A stretch of DNA of 63,910 nucleotides, the filler included, from Collodictyon triciliatum (lineage: Eukaryota), in the NCBI GenBank assembly GCA_043381765.1. It is 18 parts of 18 records of this genome, joined end to end, with 100 filler letters (N's around TTAATTAATTAA, not from the genome) between each part and the next. Parts side by side here need not be neighbours in the genome. Positions count along the whole stretch, not along the records: positions 51,206 to 54,756 come from JBHJMP010007151.1; positions 54,857 to 58,407 come from JBHJMP010007152.1; positions 58,508 to 62,058 come from JBHJMP010007153.1; positions 62,159 to 63,910 come from JBHJMP010007188.1; 14 more parts are not named here. One strand, given 5' to 3'. A program made the position numbers and the translations under genes. The notes beneath the pieces were generated by a model. That model was not told where the DNA came from, made no database searches, and worked only from the letters and a program-made list of their open reading frames with translations. Every line of letters starts with the position of its first letter. Within the stretch, counting starts at the first letter, position 1. Shown piece after piece: positions 51,782 through 63,910 of the stretch.

Positions 51782-54096
51782 ATGAGTCGGCTTCCAACCT
51801 ATGATGAGTACTCCCGGCCCCACAACTTTACCCCTAGAGAAGGGGGCTCTGTTCCAAAAACTAGCGGCTCTAGCCAGCCACCTTATTATTATACTGTACC
51901 CACGAGTATTTCTCCGCTTGCTACAAAAAAATACAAACATGGCCGTAAGTGTTTAGACACATCATTTCCACATAGATACTTTGCTATAATTCTTTCCAGT
52001 AAAGAAACTGTTTGTTTTTTTTCCTGAGCTTTGCTTTGGAAATGGTGCGTTAGCTCGGGTTGTTCATCTTTGAATCGAATAAAGGAAAAAAGGCTCGGGT
52101 TGTTCATAGTAATTGCCCATTAGAATTAGTCTCTCATCCCCAAGTTCGTTGCCTTTCAGAAACTGCAGATTCTTCACATTTGGGTGGGTTAGCTACTTTA
52201 AAGTTTCACTTCATTCCATAATGGTACATAACACTCATATTACTGACGAATTTGTAATATTTCGTTTTATTTACCTGTACATTTGTTGTTTTTTGCTTTA
52301 TTTTTTAAACTATGAAATTGTAATAAGTGTACCTTACCGTATTTATCTCCTCACCCTAAAATGCTCTTACCTGTACAGTTCGCTTCTTGACTGTTTTCTT
52401 TTATACATCCCTACGCCATCAGACTTGCATGCTTTGAAACACCTGCCCTAAATATTGCCTTCATAAACATCCCAGCCTCCATTCCTTATAGCTCCACAAT
52501 GCATCCGTCTCACCTACAGAAGGTACAATATGCTCATCTTTGAAATGTCCATGAAGCTATATTATGTACACATACATGTCTGTATATCGTTTTCTGTATT
52601 CATCAGCGATTTACTCTACTTTCAAAATAACTTACGCAATCTGCTCACCATTGCTTAGTTGCATCATGATATCAAGACCCTGGCATCAACATTTGAATCC
52701 TATCTGTCCAATCAAACTGTAGCCACACAAAGGTCGGTAGACCAACTAATCACGCATATTGCATCCGAGTGGTCAAAAGCATCGACCATGCCTCATCCTA
52801 TGATGGCGTCTCCAATTCACCAGGTAAAAACTTAGCTTTTGCTCCTGATGCTTAGAGAGAGAAAGATGCACCAAATCTCCTCTTTTATATTTTCTCCTTT
52901 TCGTTATCAGTTGCTTTTTTTTTATTGCTCTACTAAAGTGAATTTTCACATCTTTTAGTCAGAATTGCACCCACTATTACCTACATCACGCCTAAGAGCC
53001 CACGAAAATCTAGACCCAACGCTGATGCTTGTCTCCTCTGAGGCTATCAGGTGAGATATTGGTTTGCGTGCGATTGTAAATAATCATAAGAAAATGATGA
53101 CAAACTTGATTGATAAAATTGATATCGAGAAGAAAATGAAATTTACGTTGAGATGCTGTTTTGATGCCTATTTATAGCAGTGGTCAAATACAGAAGGACA
53201 GCTTTACTCGACCGAATGCACCTCAAAAAGTAAATCGTCCAATACACCTTGCAATATTAAAGGTCCAAGAATATAAAATCTAAATACCGCTCTCATATGT
53301 TCATGAACTAATAAAATATGAAATATCAATGAATAATGTATTGCAGACAAAGCTTTATCCAAGCAAATTTTCTTCGCATTACAAAGATGTCAGCAAGGTC
53401 TCTGAATTTCATAGAACTTATCTTCATAATTTGCATTTTTGAAATTGAGTTTTCATTAATAGGCATATTAGCTCTAGTTTAATTAATGATTACTGCGTCT
53501 CATTAACCCCTCCCTCCCTTACTCTCGCTTTGCTAATTTGAAAGGAACAGTTTTGGAAATAAACCTAAATCACTGATAAAACAGAGAAAAGTTCCATCGT
53601 CCTGTCTAATGTGCGGTACAACTCAAACACCAGAATGGAGAGGAGGGCCAGATGGTTCTACATCGTAAGAATACAATATTTTTTTCATACTACTTTCCAT
53701 TAAACCTAAGCCTTTCTAGTATCTTGGACTTATGGTGTGAGTTAGTTAAACTTTGCAATAGTCTCGTTTGTGTCATAAATTCGTGCTCAATAGGTTGTGC
53801 AATGCGTGCGGACTTCACTATGCGAAGATTAAGAAAAGGAGGGAGTCCCACTCAGCTCCGATTAGAAGAGCACACCTCCCCATTTCTTCCCTTCTTAACC
53901 ATGTAAGATATCTGCTCAAGTATTCAAGCAGAATGAATAGTCGAGTACATTCACGACTTCCATGAGAAAAGAAAAACCCCTCCTTACTTCCCCATTTTAT
54001 CTTGGCTATACGCTGAGACACATAATTTAGTGTAATCGGATCATTTAACCATTCCATTTTATTATGAAATCATATGATATCAGAATTGTTTGTAAT

Positions 54097-54136
<40 letters not shown>

Positions 54137-54240
54137 TGAGAAATCGAATTACGAGCCTATTTGTTGATGGATTGTAATTTCAGGAGGACGAAGAGGACGA
54201 CAAACATAAACGCTCAGCTGCTGCTCCTCCTCCTATATGA
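51782..54240 (+). CDS. GATA-type zinc-finger transcription factor (C-x2-C-x18-C-x2-C)
   Basis: Spliced CLMCGTTQTPEWRGGPDGSTS|LCNACGLHYAK, then ISSLLN; multi-exon low-complexity N-terminus; 3' end either 53965 or 54240. Confidence 0.88.
52053..52107 (+). mobile_element. 25-bp family-B tail insertion with 15-bp TSD (intronic)
   Basis: GCTCGGGTTGTTCAT [CTTTGAATCGAATAAAGGAAAAAAG] GCTCGGGTTGTTCAT. Confidence 0.85.
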
Positions 54241-55079
54241 GAAATGGGGCACAATCCATAGGAGGGAATATCACAAAAAATAACAGAGCAGAGGAGAGAC
54301 AAGATGATGTGCTTTCTATATGCTCGTGTGACCTCATCTTTATTATTCACGTGTCGCTAGAAGAAGAAAACCGAGTGTTTGTACACCCAAATAAGTCAAG
54401 GATATTGAATCTCCACTCATCACTCACTTCTGCATTTGTCTCCTTTTTTTTCATTTATAATAAAAGCTCATAAACCCTTTGTTTTACCTTGAAACATGGG
54501 TGACCAAGAAGTTTTCGGTGTTTGGTTGGTATCAGTGCGTCTTTTGTGTTGTTCTTTTGTCTGTTTGTTTGTTTTTGTTTGTTTGTTTGTTTGTTTGTTT
54601 TTGTTTTTTTGTTTTTGTTTTTTTGTTTTTGTTTTTTTGTTTTTGTTTTTTTGTTTTTGTTTTTTTGTTTTTGTTTTTGTTTTTTTGTTTTTGTTTTTTT
54701 GTTTTTGTTTTTTTGTTTTTGTTTTTTTGTTTTTTTTGTTTTTGTTTTTTGTTTTTNNNNNNNNNNNNNNNNNNNNNNNNNNNNNNNNNNNNNNNNNNNN
54801 TTAATTAATTAANNNNNNNNNNNNNNNNNNNNNNNNNNNNNNNNNNNNNNNNNNNNTGAGTGAGTGAGTGAGTGAGTGAGTGAGTGAGTGAGTGAGTGAG
54901 TGAGTGAGTGAGTGAGTGAGTGAGTGAGTGAGTGAGTGAGTGAGTGAGTGAGCGAGTGAGCTGGATAGTGGATCAGCAATACAACGATTCGTCAATTTGA
55001 CTAGTTGTATCAAATACAGGTTTAGCAGGTAGGCGAGACATTTGAATTTTTTAATATGACATATCACGTCAAATAGTAC

Positions 55080-56763
55080 CTGAAAATCTAAACGGAAATT
55101 AAAGTGGGTTTCCATAGTAAAACCAAACTTTGAAGACTTGTTTATGGTGAACTCTTGAATTATTGACCTCAATGTGAGAAATAGGCAAGACGCCTAACCA
55201 GATTTTTTCCGATCAAAACTTAATGGGCCATTTTTGAGCATGCGTTATCTTGATTAAAGGTGATATGCTCCTTCATAAATTGAAGGGTTTAGAGAGTAAC
55301 TCATATAATTATCTATATATTTCTTCTTATGGCGGAATAATGAAATACAGTGTCCGGATTGCCCGTAGCTAAGATTTTATCTGCACTGGTGAATGGAGAT
55401 GTGACTTTGGTATCGGGCCACCCTCTTTTCTGAATCACCGCGAGAACATGTGCAATCTGAGTTTGAACATAAGGCTGGAACACAGGGCTTCGAAAACCAG
55501 GCAATAATTGTATTTTAGTTGATATAAAACAAAAATAGAGTTATACATTGAAACCAAAGAGTACATTAAATTTTGATACGCTCGTCAAGGCGAGTCTGAT
55601 GTTAAAAAAAATGTAGTAAAGTAGTGCGCCTTGAACAAATCAAAATGGAATTTCATGACGTTTGTTAATATAAAAAAATATTTCCTACTCGTTAGTGCGA
55701 ATGAGCAATGATTGCATCAGAAATTCTTGGAGAGCAGCTTTATTCTCGACTGGAAGAGAGGGCCAGTCCCTATATCACCGGTATTCTAATTCATATATTG
55801 CTTTCGATGCATAGTAAGTTGAATGTGATTATATACATTTAAGAAAATTAAGAACAGAATAGTTCGATGTCGACCGCAATCATATGATTCAATAGTGATA
55901 ATATTGAACTATAAAGAACCGAATAATGGCCTCGCGTAAGCAACACAAAGCTTGGAAGACAGCCTGGGAGTTTACCGATTTTTCTGGATAAAATAAACAA
56001 GAATTAGGATACGTGAAAACAGTCACTGATAATACGAATGAAATTACTTTTGGTATTGTAAATCTATTCAAAAGTACCAATAATAAATCTACACAACGAG
56101 TAAGGATTTCCGATTGACCGGAACTCAATCAAAAATTTCTCGGCAGTTTGGTCGCCCCGTTGCTACAAGTGCATTTCTTTATCATTCTAATCGCTATTAC
56201 TTTTTTATATATTTTGTGTACTATCTCGTGCATCAAGATAAAATCCTTTTATAAGCCATGAAACAAAAAAAATATGTATATGAGCAACATAAATGTAACA
56301 TAAGTGAAATAAAAGTGAAATAACAGTGAAATAAAAGTGAAATAAAGTGAAATAAATGTGAAATAACAGCGAAATAAAAGTGAAATAAAAGTGAAATAAA
56401 AGTGAAATAAAAGTGAAATAAAAGTGAAATAAAAGTGAAATAAAAGTGAAATAAAAGTGAAATAAAAGTGAAATAAATGTGAAATAAATGTGAAATAAAA
56501 GTGAAATAAATGTGAAATAAATGTGAAATAAATGTGAAATAAATGTGAAATAAATGTGAAATAAATGTGAAATAAAAGTGAAAGAACAGTAACATGTGCA
56601 GATGTATATGAAAGTGTATGTATGGGGCGGTTGATCAGGGATCCGCACAAAGTATATCAACCTGAAAGGCAAGACATGCCGACTCGACTTGGTGCGCTGC
56701 CGCAGCTATTTCCTCGGGCGTTTGCGGGGCAACTGCGTTTCCGCCAAAAAGCGCCGTGGACAT
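55080..56763 (-). CDS. XPO4: Exportin-4 (N-terminal part)
   Basis: QVESACLAFQ..AEKFLIEFRSIGNPYSLCRFIIEKS..AVFQALCCLREAIIRDW..QPYVQTQIAHVLAVIQKRGW..EFTINKSSKFGFTMETH matches the exportin-4 N-terminus. Confidence 0.88.
56302..56583. repeat. 11-bp intronic repeat (GTGAAATAAAA/T)n
   Basis: Seen directly, in XPO4 intron 1. Confidence 0.93.
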
Positions 56764-58187
56764 CGAAGCAAAAGCTTTTATTTTTTAAAAAAAATGCGAA
56801 TAAGATAATAATAGTCAATTGGCATGAAATCAACCAGACTCTTTGTCTTTTCGCCTTTAGCCTGCTAATCAGTTTTGCAGTCTCTTCTTTAAGTGCCTCA
56901 GACATAGTCTTCGTTTTGTGTGTTGAGTTGCTGGTGTGGGTTTGCGCTTTCAGTATCATAAAAATAAAAAAAAATGAAGAGTGTTCCAATTGGAAAACCG
57001 CATTTTCCCTCGATTCATATAGAATGGAGAAAATATATAAGGATCAAAACTTCGCGAAGTTTCACGGAGAGCCTGCTGTTCAACCGCATTCCTTTTTTCT
57101 TTTCCTTTTCATTTTCATTTTCCTTTTCCTTTTCCTTTTCCTTTTCCTTTTCCTTTTCATTTTCCTTTTCATTTTCCTTTTCCTTTTCATTTTCCTTTTC
57201 ATTTTCCTTTTCATTTTCATTTTCATTTTCATTTTCATTTTCATTTTCATTTTCATTTTCATTTTCATTTTCATTTTCATTTTCATTTTCATTTTCATTT
57301 TCATTTTCATTTTCATTTCCCTTTTCCTTTCTCAGCACCAGCAAAATGAGTGGCATTCCCGAACTCATCATATTATATCTGAAAGAAGAGGAGGCTGGGT
57401 CGACAGGCTCGTGCACAAGCGCATTCTGTACACATAGTTAGGACGCAAGTGGCGCGCTGATGACTGCAGTGGTTTTGTTTTCCATCATCATCTTTACTGT
57501 GTCGTGGAAGGATGCTGGCAAACTTAAAGATATCATAAAATGAATCCGACCAGTCACTAAGAATCATGTGCGAAAGGTTTCTCAGCCGCATATTTTTATA
57601 TATACTTGCTATATATTTGCTGGTGGTTCTAGGACAAAGAGGTTTGCAGCCATGTGATGTTTTTGAAACAAGTGATAACGCAGCAAAGATGTAACGAGGA
57701 ATCATAATGGCTTTCATTTATTTCGAGAAAGTTACCAGAACAAGGGATGATGCACGCGATGAGAAAAATAGGTAAAAGCACTGATGATGATATTGCCATG
57801 GAAGTAAATGAGACAGAACGAAAGCGCACATATCTGTGGCTGTGCAGCTTGGTGCTGATATGATGGCATGAGACAGATGTTCCCATAAAATGGCCCATCT
57901 CAATCTGCCTCAGGTAAATTTATCACTAGCGCTCTGCTTTTCGTGAAAGGATATTGTTATTCACTTCTTTTTCTTCTTTTTCTTTCCTTTATTTCATTTC
58001 TATCCTTTATTTCATTTCTATCCTCATCTGCTCTTCGTCGCGCTTCGCTGCTGCGTTCTCGATGTTTCCGTGGTTATCATGACATAATTGCCGAATTTCT
58101 TTGAATGTGCGAAACTTCAACTATTTCCATTCATTTTAAGCACATCGAAATAGTTCATTAATAAGTCTTCGTTCGGTCGCGCATTCG

Positions 58188-58279
58188 AAGACATAAAAAC
58201 CTTTTTTTTTCTAAAAGTCTTAGCTGTTGAGCCCCTCTTAACAATCTTTCATTCAACCATCTAAGACATAAAAACCTTT
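58188..58279 (-). mobile_element. 58-bp family-C tail insertion with 17-bp TSD
   Basis: AAGACATAAAAACCTTT flanks both sides (58188-58204, 58263-58279). The reverse-complemented insert matches 29343-29395 with 2 mismatches and ends in poly-A. Confidence 0.88.
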
Positions 58280-58644
58280 GCCTTGTGCTTCTGTGATGAA
58301 AACAGAAACAAAGAACAAAGAACAAAAAACAAAAAACAAAAAACAAAAAAACTAAAAAACAAAAAAACAAAAAAACAAAAAAACAAAAAAACAAAAAAAC
58401 AAAAAAANNNNNNNNNNNNNNNNNNNNNNNNNNNNNNNNNNNNNNNNNNNNTTAATTAATTAANNNNNNNNNNNNNNNNNNNNNNNNNNNNNNNNNNNNN
58501 NNNNNNNAAAAAAAAGATTAATAAAAAGAAAAAAAAAAAAATATAAAAAAAAAAAAATATTTTTATTAAAAAAAAAACAAAAAAAAAAAAAAAAAAAAAG
58601 GAAGAAGAAATGATGGAGAACCCTTGGCTTAATGCACTTTTTAG

Positions 58645-61219
58645 GCTGTAGACCTCGAAACATCAATCAAAAATTGTCTTGCCAGCAAGATGTGCGGACT
58701 TTGCCTAGGCATACTTGAGAATTGGCGTTTCTTGCCTTGCTCACACTCATTCTGTCTGAAATGCCTCGAAAAATCGACCCTTAATAATATGGAGAGTCCG
58801 CCTTATGGATGTCCTATTTGCAGAGCTCCTGTACACATCGATAGGAATTCGTTGCGTTATCTGCATGTGCCCACTGAACCGTCTACCCTCCCAATACAAG
58901 CTTTAAACACAACTGATTCTGTTGAGAATGTTTTGCAGAGACCAACGTGCAGGGCGCGGAACTGCATCGACCCCTCTACCCATGTGTGCTGTGACTGCGG
59001 TCAAAATGTAACTTTTTGTCACAAACACGCAACAGGACATCATATGCTTTTCGGTGTCACACACAATATCAGGTACAATTCATGACCACCGAGTATATTT
59101 TCTGAAAAGCTTCATACTGATTTTACTGAGTAATTGAGGAACCTGCTATCATAAAGTTTACACTGATACTTGTAGCTTTCTTTATTGCTTAAAGCTATTA
59201 TTCTTGATGACGATCTCACTTGATGGAAATCTTTTAATTCTTTGTTTTTCCAATAAAAAGTTAAGAAACCTCATTTCCTTTGAATGTAAAATGCAATATC
59301 GATATTCTTTTCAATATAGAAATTTGGAATCAAATGCATCAATCCACTACTGCATCACGCATCCGGATATGTGCATAAAATTCTATTGCGTTCTGTGCAC
59401 AAGAAATCCTCTCAAATGTCCCGAATGTGCTCTTGATGATGTCGATCATATCAAGGATATGATTAATATATTGGAGGCACCGACCTATATTCTTAAGGAA
59501 ATAGACGCAAGTATATCCAATCTGATTTCTTTAGAAAATACTGTCATGAATGAGCTATTACAGGTGGACCAGCAGATATCAGATGTAAGTAACAAACCCC
59601 TTCGATTGAATATCAGTTCTCATTTTTTCGATTCAAATCTCACAAAAGGCATCAACATAGATAGTAAATGACTTCAATAAGATAATTGCAGATGTTAGGA
59701 GTAATATGAAGGAAGCTTTCACAAGCTTTGAAAAAATCATTACAGACCAGGTCTAACACCTTTTTTTGAACAGTTTTTTTTGGACAATGATTTTTTCTTT
59801 CAACCTTCGTTCATTCCTTCTATTTTATCTTATCCTTTGATCACAATAATTCATCTATGTGGCTTATATTTTGGAGGGAATGCCTTAAAAGAATTCATAC
59901 GTATGCCTCATATTGCATGTTTTTTTTCTCGATTTATGCAGCCTTTCAAGATTCAAATTCTAATCTTTACGATTATTTTTATTTTTCAGTTTCAGCGTCT
60001 TTCCTCTCAAATCATGCCGCCTCTAAGAAGAAAGTCTGATGAGCTAAAAGGAGAGCTGAAGCAAATTGAAGTTGCCACTGCCTCACTAAAAAGAGCAAGA
60101 ACTCCCTACACTTACGCTCTTACAGTTGTTGAAGTGGTGAACGTCATTCTGTTTTCAAAGAGCTTACTTAACCACAGAGAGGCAACCGTTATTAGGCCTC
60201 ACCGTCTTGTTAAATTATTTTCTACTCATACACCCTTGCAAGTGCTTTTGTCAAATCAGTCCTTCGTAATCGGGTTAGTCTCGGTTGATGACAAAGCTTC
60301 TCATACTTCGTCTGCCAGCCCAAGAGGACCAAATTACAATCAATCGCCTCTGGGACTCAGCCAGAGTGTTTTCATATCTGGTGAAATTAAACCCCAATAC
60401 AAGTTCCCCAGTAAACTGTCGAGCTACGAAATTGATTTCCCCTGGGGTATAGCAATAAGTCCCATTACTGGCGACATTATGGTGACCGACCAAAGTAATC
60501 AGTCCATCGCTGTTTTAGACGCAACCCTTCAATTTGTCTCATCCCATTCTACAAAACATATTCTCCCTAAGCATCACCATGGACCACGAGGCATCGCAAT
60601 ATCAAGCGAAAATTATGTTGCTGTTGTTGATTATGGAGCTAATCAGATTCAAATATTCTCACCAAACTTTGCACTTGTTGCTGTTATTGGGCAAAATGGA
60701 AATCATGATATTAGTTTTTGTAGACCTTACTCCCTAGCCTTTAACTCGCTTGGCTGGCTGCATGTGGCCGACTCGATGAACTTCCGAGTTCGAGTATTTG
60801 ATAGATATTGCCAACTCATCCATACAGTTCAGAATTTCGACGAGCCGCCAAGGCGATTTCCCGGTCTTTTGAATAGTGTGATGGTAGATGAGAATGACAG
60901 ACTCTTTGTTTTATGTAGTGGTTCATCCAAAGTACAAGTCTTTCACAAGGATGGTGGACTCGATGCAGAGTATGAGATCGAGCCACTAAGTGCGGGCGGG
61001 TGGTGCTCCATCTTTCATCATTCTCCTGGATTGTTTGGGGTTGTCGATAACAAGGAGAACAAGGTTAATATGTATGAGTTGAGGAAAGGAGAAGCTCATC
61101 GTGTGGCTGAGATATCGTTGGAAGGCTGCATAGGTTGCTGTGCATCAGGCCACCAGTACTACATCGCCAGCCTATCGAAAAAGACCATATATTCCACTGC
61201 AATAAAGTTTCTTCTATAA
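58645..61219 (+). CDS. TRIM-NHL protein: RING, B-box1, B-box2, coiled coil, NHL repeats (5' partial)
   Basis: CGLC..LPCSHSFCLKC..CPICR; CRARNC..CCDC..FCHKH..H; CITH..FYCVLC..CPEC..H; NHL blades FPWGIAIS, GPRGIAIS, FCRPYSLAFNSLGWLHVADSMNFRVRVF. Confidence 0.9.
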
Positions 61220-61847
61220 CACCAGGGCATTGAAATCGAGACTGTATATTTGATTGTCTAAAATACTCGTTCCGATATGCTCGCGGCTTGGAGCGCAGTA
61301 ATAAAATATTGACAAGTATAATTTAAACCATATGTTTGTTTCTCTGCTCGTGTGAATAAAATTTTCTCAAAGATCGATCTATTCTATGCCACACAATGCG
61401 AATAAATGTTGTGATCACAGAGAGAAGGACAGAGTTGAGAGCAATAAAAAAAAAAACACAACAAATAAGAAAAAGTCTTTTGCTGAGAAACAACAAGCAC
61501 ACTGAAAGACATATTCTCCAGAAAATAATATCATTACACTGGCGTTCTTTCCTTCAGCTCCCAACCAGCTGAATTCTGAAAAACAAAACAAAAAACACGC
61601 AAGCGATCGGAAAGATTGATCCTGAGAGGGACGAGACCGACACCACAGCCCTGCGCCAATGAATGCCTACTGGCCGTACGCAAACCGGGAAGGCCAACGC
61701 AGCCGACCCAGAGATCGAAAAAGTCACTTAGCCACGTCCTTTACAACACAGGTTATGTACCGAGACACTCCGACGATAAAGACGCCAGCTACCACCGACC
61801 AGTGAGTACAACAAACTACTAATAAGACGGAGCGAGCTCTTTAAACA

Positions 61848-61943
<96 letters not shown>

Positions 61944-61972
61944 GGGGAACAAAAAAAGACCTATGGAGCTCA

Positions 61973-62044
61973 AGCCATCGACCCACGAGTAGCAAGATAA
62001 GTATGAATATAGTGCTCAGTATTAGCTGTTCTGATTCATTTATC
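61973..62044 (+). repeat. Dispersed repeat, copy 2 (see 11967-12038)
   Basis: 57/72 identity; the contig ends just after it. Confidence 0.8.
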
Positions 62045-62358
62045 TTATCTTTTTCCTTNNNNNNNNNNNNNNNNNNNNNNNNNNNNNNNNNNNNNNNNNN
62101 NNTTAATTAATTAANNNNNNNNNNNNNNNNNNNNNNNNNNNNNNNNNNNNNNNNNNNNTATATTTGATTATGTAAATTCTCATAGTAATGATTTATTCCA
62201 ATTCATCTAGGAAAATTATTCCTCGATCATATTATCGACAAACACAAACACAAACACACATACACACACAAAAATAAAATAAAATAAAATAAAATAAAAT
62301 AAAATAAAATAAAATAAAATAAAATAAAATAAAATAAAATAAAAAAAAAAACACCCAC

Positions 62359-63724
62359 GTTTTTTTCCCATCCCCGATTCAAGGGGCCGCGGCCAGTCTT
62401 TACGGACTTGAATGTTGTTGGGTCACAGTTAGGCTCGAGATGCATGTGGCTGACATCATCATATGCTTCATGTGATGAACAAAAAAAGTACATCAATAAT
62501 ACGTGAGTTTGCTTATACGTAATAAAATAAATAAATAAAAATTGATTCTAGAATCAAAGTGTGTGGCGGACAGTGAAAGCTTATCATCGACAAAATCATG
62601 CCTTCACTTAACTATAAACATTTTGAAATGTGGAATGAAAAGAAAACGGGAGACCCAAGGGAAAGGTAGATACATGAAATGGATTTAGCAATCACCGATA
62701 TCTATATAGTCTACCGTTCTTTTCTTTAACGTTGATTGGTCCAAATTAAATATATTTTCTTGTTCACCCCTGTCGTCACAAAATATAGTAAACACCTCAA
62801 TCTTTAGCTTGTCTCCTATTATGTATTAGCATTCCGTCAACAACAATAATAACAATAAAAAAACAAAACAGAAAAAACAGAAAAAAACAGAAAAAAACAG
62901 AAAAAAACAGAAAAAAACAGAAAAAAACAGAAAAAATCAAAAATCAAAAAATTGAACTAAATTTCTATAAAATCAACGCAGTACTATAGTCTTATAAATC
63001 GCTTCATGCATTATCTATCTCACCAAAAAAAGGGCACGTCATGATAGTTCTCGTTCGAGGGTAGCTGTTCCATGCTTTTTCTTCAATTGCTAGAGCACTG
63101 GCTGGGACGATGGCCCGGGTCCACGACGGCACAGAATTACCAATGTGATAAATCTTTAATGGACATCGTAATTGATTAACAACTGAAAGTCCATCAAGTA
63201 AGTTGTGCGTCCAGAGACAGAAGGAGGAGAGGATAATAATAAGAGCGAATCAAATAAAGAACAACAAACAGAGAAGGAAATAACCTAAAATAAAGGAACG
63301 CGAAAATGTATTATTTTGTATGTGCGTGTTAATGTGTTTGTGAGCACCTTGTGGGTATATTGGCCTGTCCCGTTTTCATCAGAGAAGGGTCTGTTTTCGA
63401 CAATTTCAACACGCTGGCCTTTGATGGTTCTCTCCTTTGATGATTTTGCCACAAGAAAACGCTGCGCGATGCGAAACTCTAAAGATTTCGGAGGAGGCGA
63501 GAAGCAAGGTATTGGGTGGTGCAAACAAATCGTACGATAAGCATTCATACAATCACAATTCATTGTAAATCAATGGATAATGCATGATTTCATAGAAAAG
63601 AGAAGCCGGGTTCTACTTTTACTTTCTTTGATGGCTTTTCTTCGGAATCAAGGAACAAAATGAAATAAAAATGAAGCAGAAAAAAAGAGAGAGAAAACTA
63701 CCTTCTGCGGTGAAAGGCATCCAT
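62359..63724 (-). CDS. Phosphatidylinositol transfer protein (PITP/IP_trans; partial)
   Basis: MPFTAEEFRIAQ, VEIVENRPF..GQYTHK, WIRAIVPASALAIEEKAWNSYPRT, DPTTFKSVKTGRGPL..GW. Confidence 0.93.
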
Positions 63725-63809
63725 CTGCGAAAAAGAGAGAGGGCGCCGATTGAATGGAAAAAAAATGAAGAGTGTAAGTAAAGCGATTCACTACATGAAT
63801 TGGTGGATA

Positions 63810-63910
<101 letters not shown>

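Noticed and set aside
62000..62040. SECIS-like ATGA...TGAT hairpin
   Set aside because: No apical AA, weak helix II, the 3' GA is not conserved in the other copy, and no Sec-type TGA gene is nearby.

Overview
This is not a contiguous locus. It is 18 unrelated small contigs (17 of 3551-3563 bp in descending length order, plus a truncated last one) joined by an artificial 100-bp spacer (44 N + TTAATTAATTAA + 44 N), so adjacency across spacers has no biological meaning. The source is an AT-rich, microsatellite-rich, intron-rich flagellated eukaryote, probably a protist, with short GT-AG introns and the standard genetic code. Recognisable genes, mostly partial: IFT88, CFAP96/C4orf47, RPB3, exportin-4, PITP, an SLC6/SNF symporter, a SHIP-like inositol 5-phosphatase with C2 domain, a PA-domain M28 aminopeptidase, a DUF445 protein, a GATA factor, two NHL proteins (one full RING-Bbox-Bbox-CC-NHL), a RING-pseudokinase-ubiquitin-like protein, a secreted (PSEV)n protein and a GC-rich MATE pseudogene. 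The most interesting unannotated signals are: (i) at least three non-LTR retroelement 3'-end families, including 21-58 bp tail-only insertions with perfect 15-17 bp target-site duplications and one family with a C-terminal PIP-box-like motif; (ii) an uninterrupted >1130-aa orphan coiled-coil ORF on a microsatellite-free contig, possibly an endogenous viral or Polinton-like element; (iii) unusual ubiquitin/immune-like domain architectures. All calls come from reading the sequence by eye; no database searches were run.
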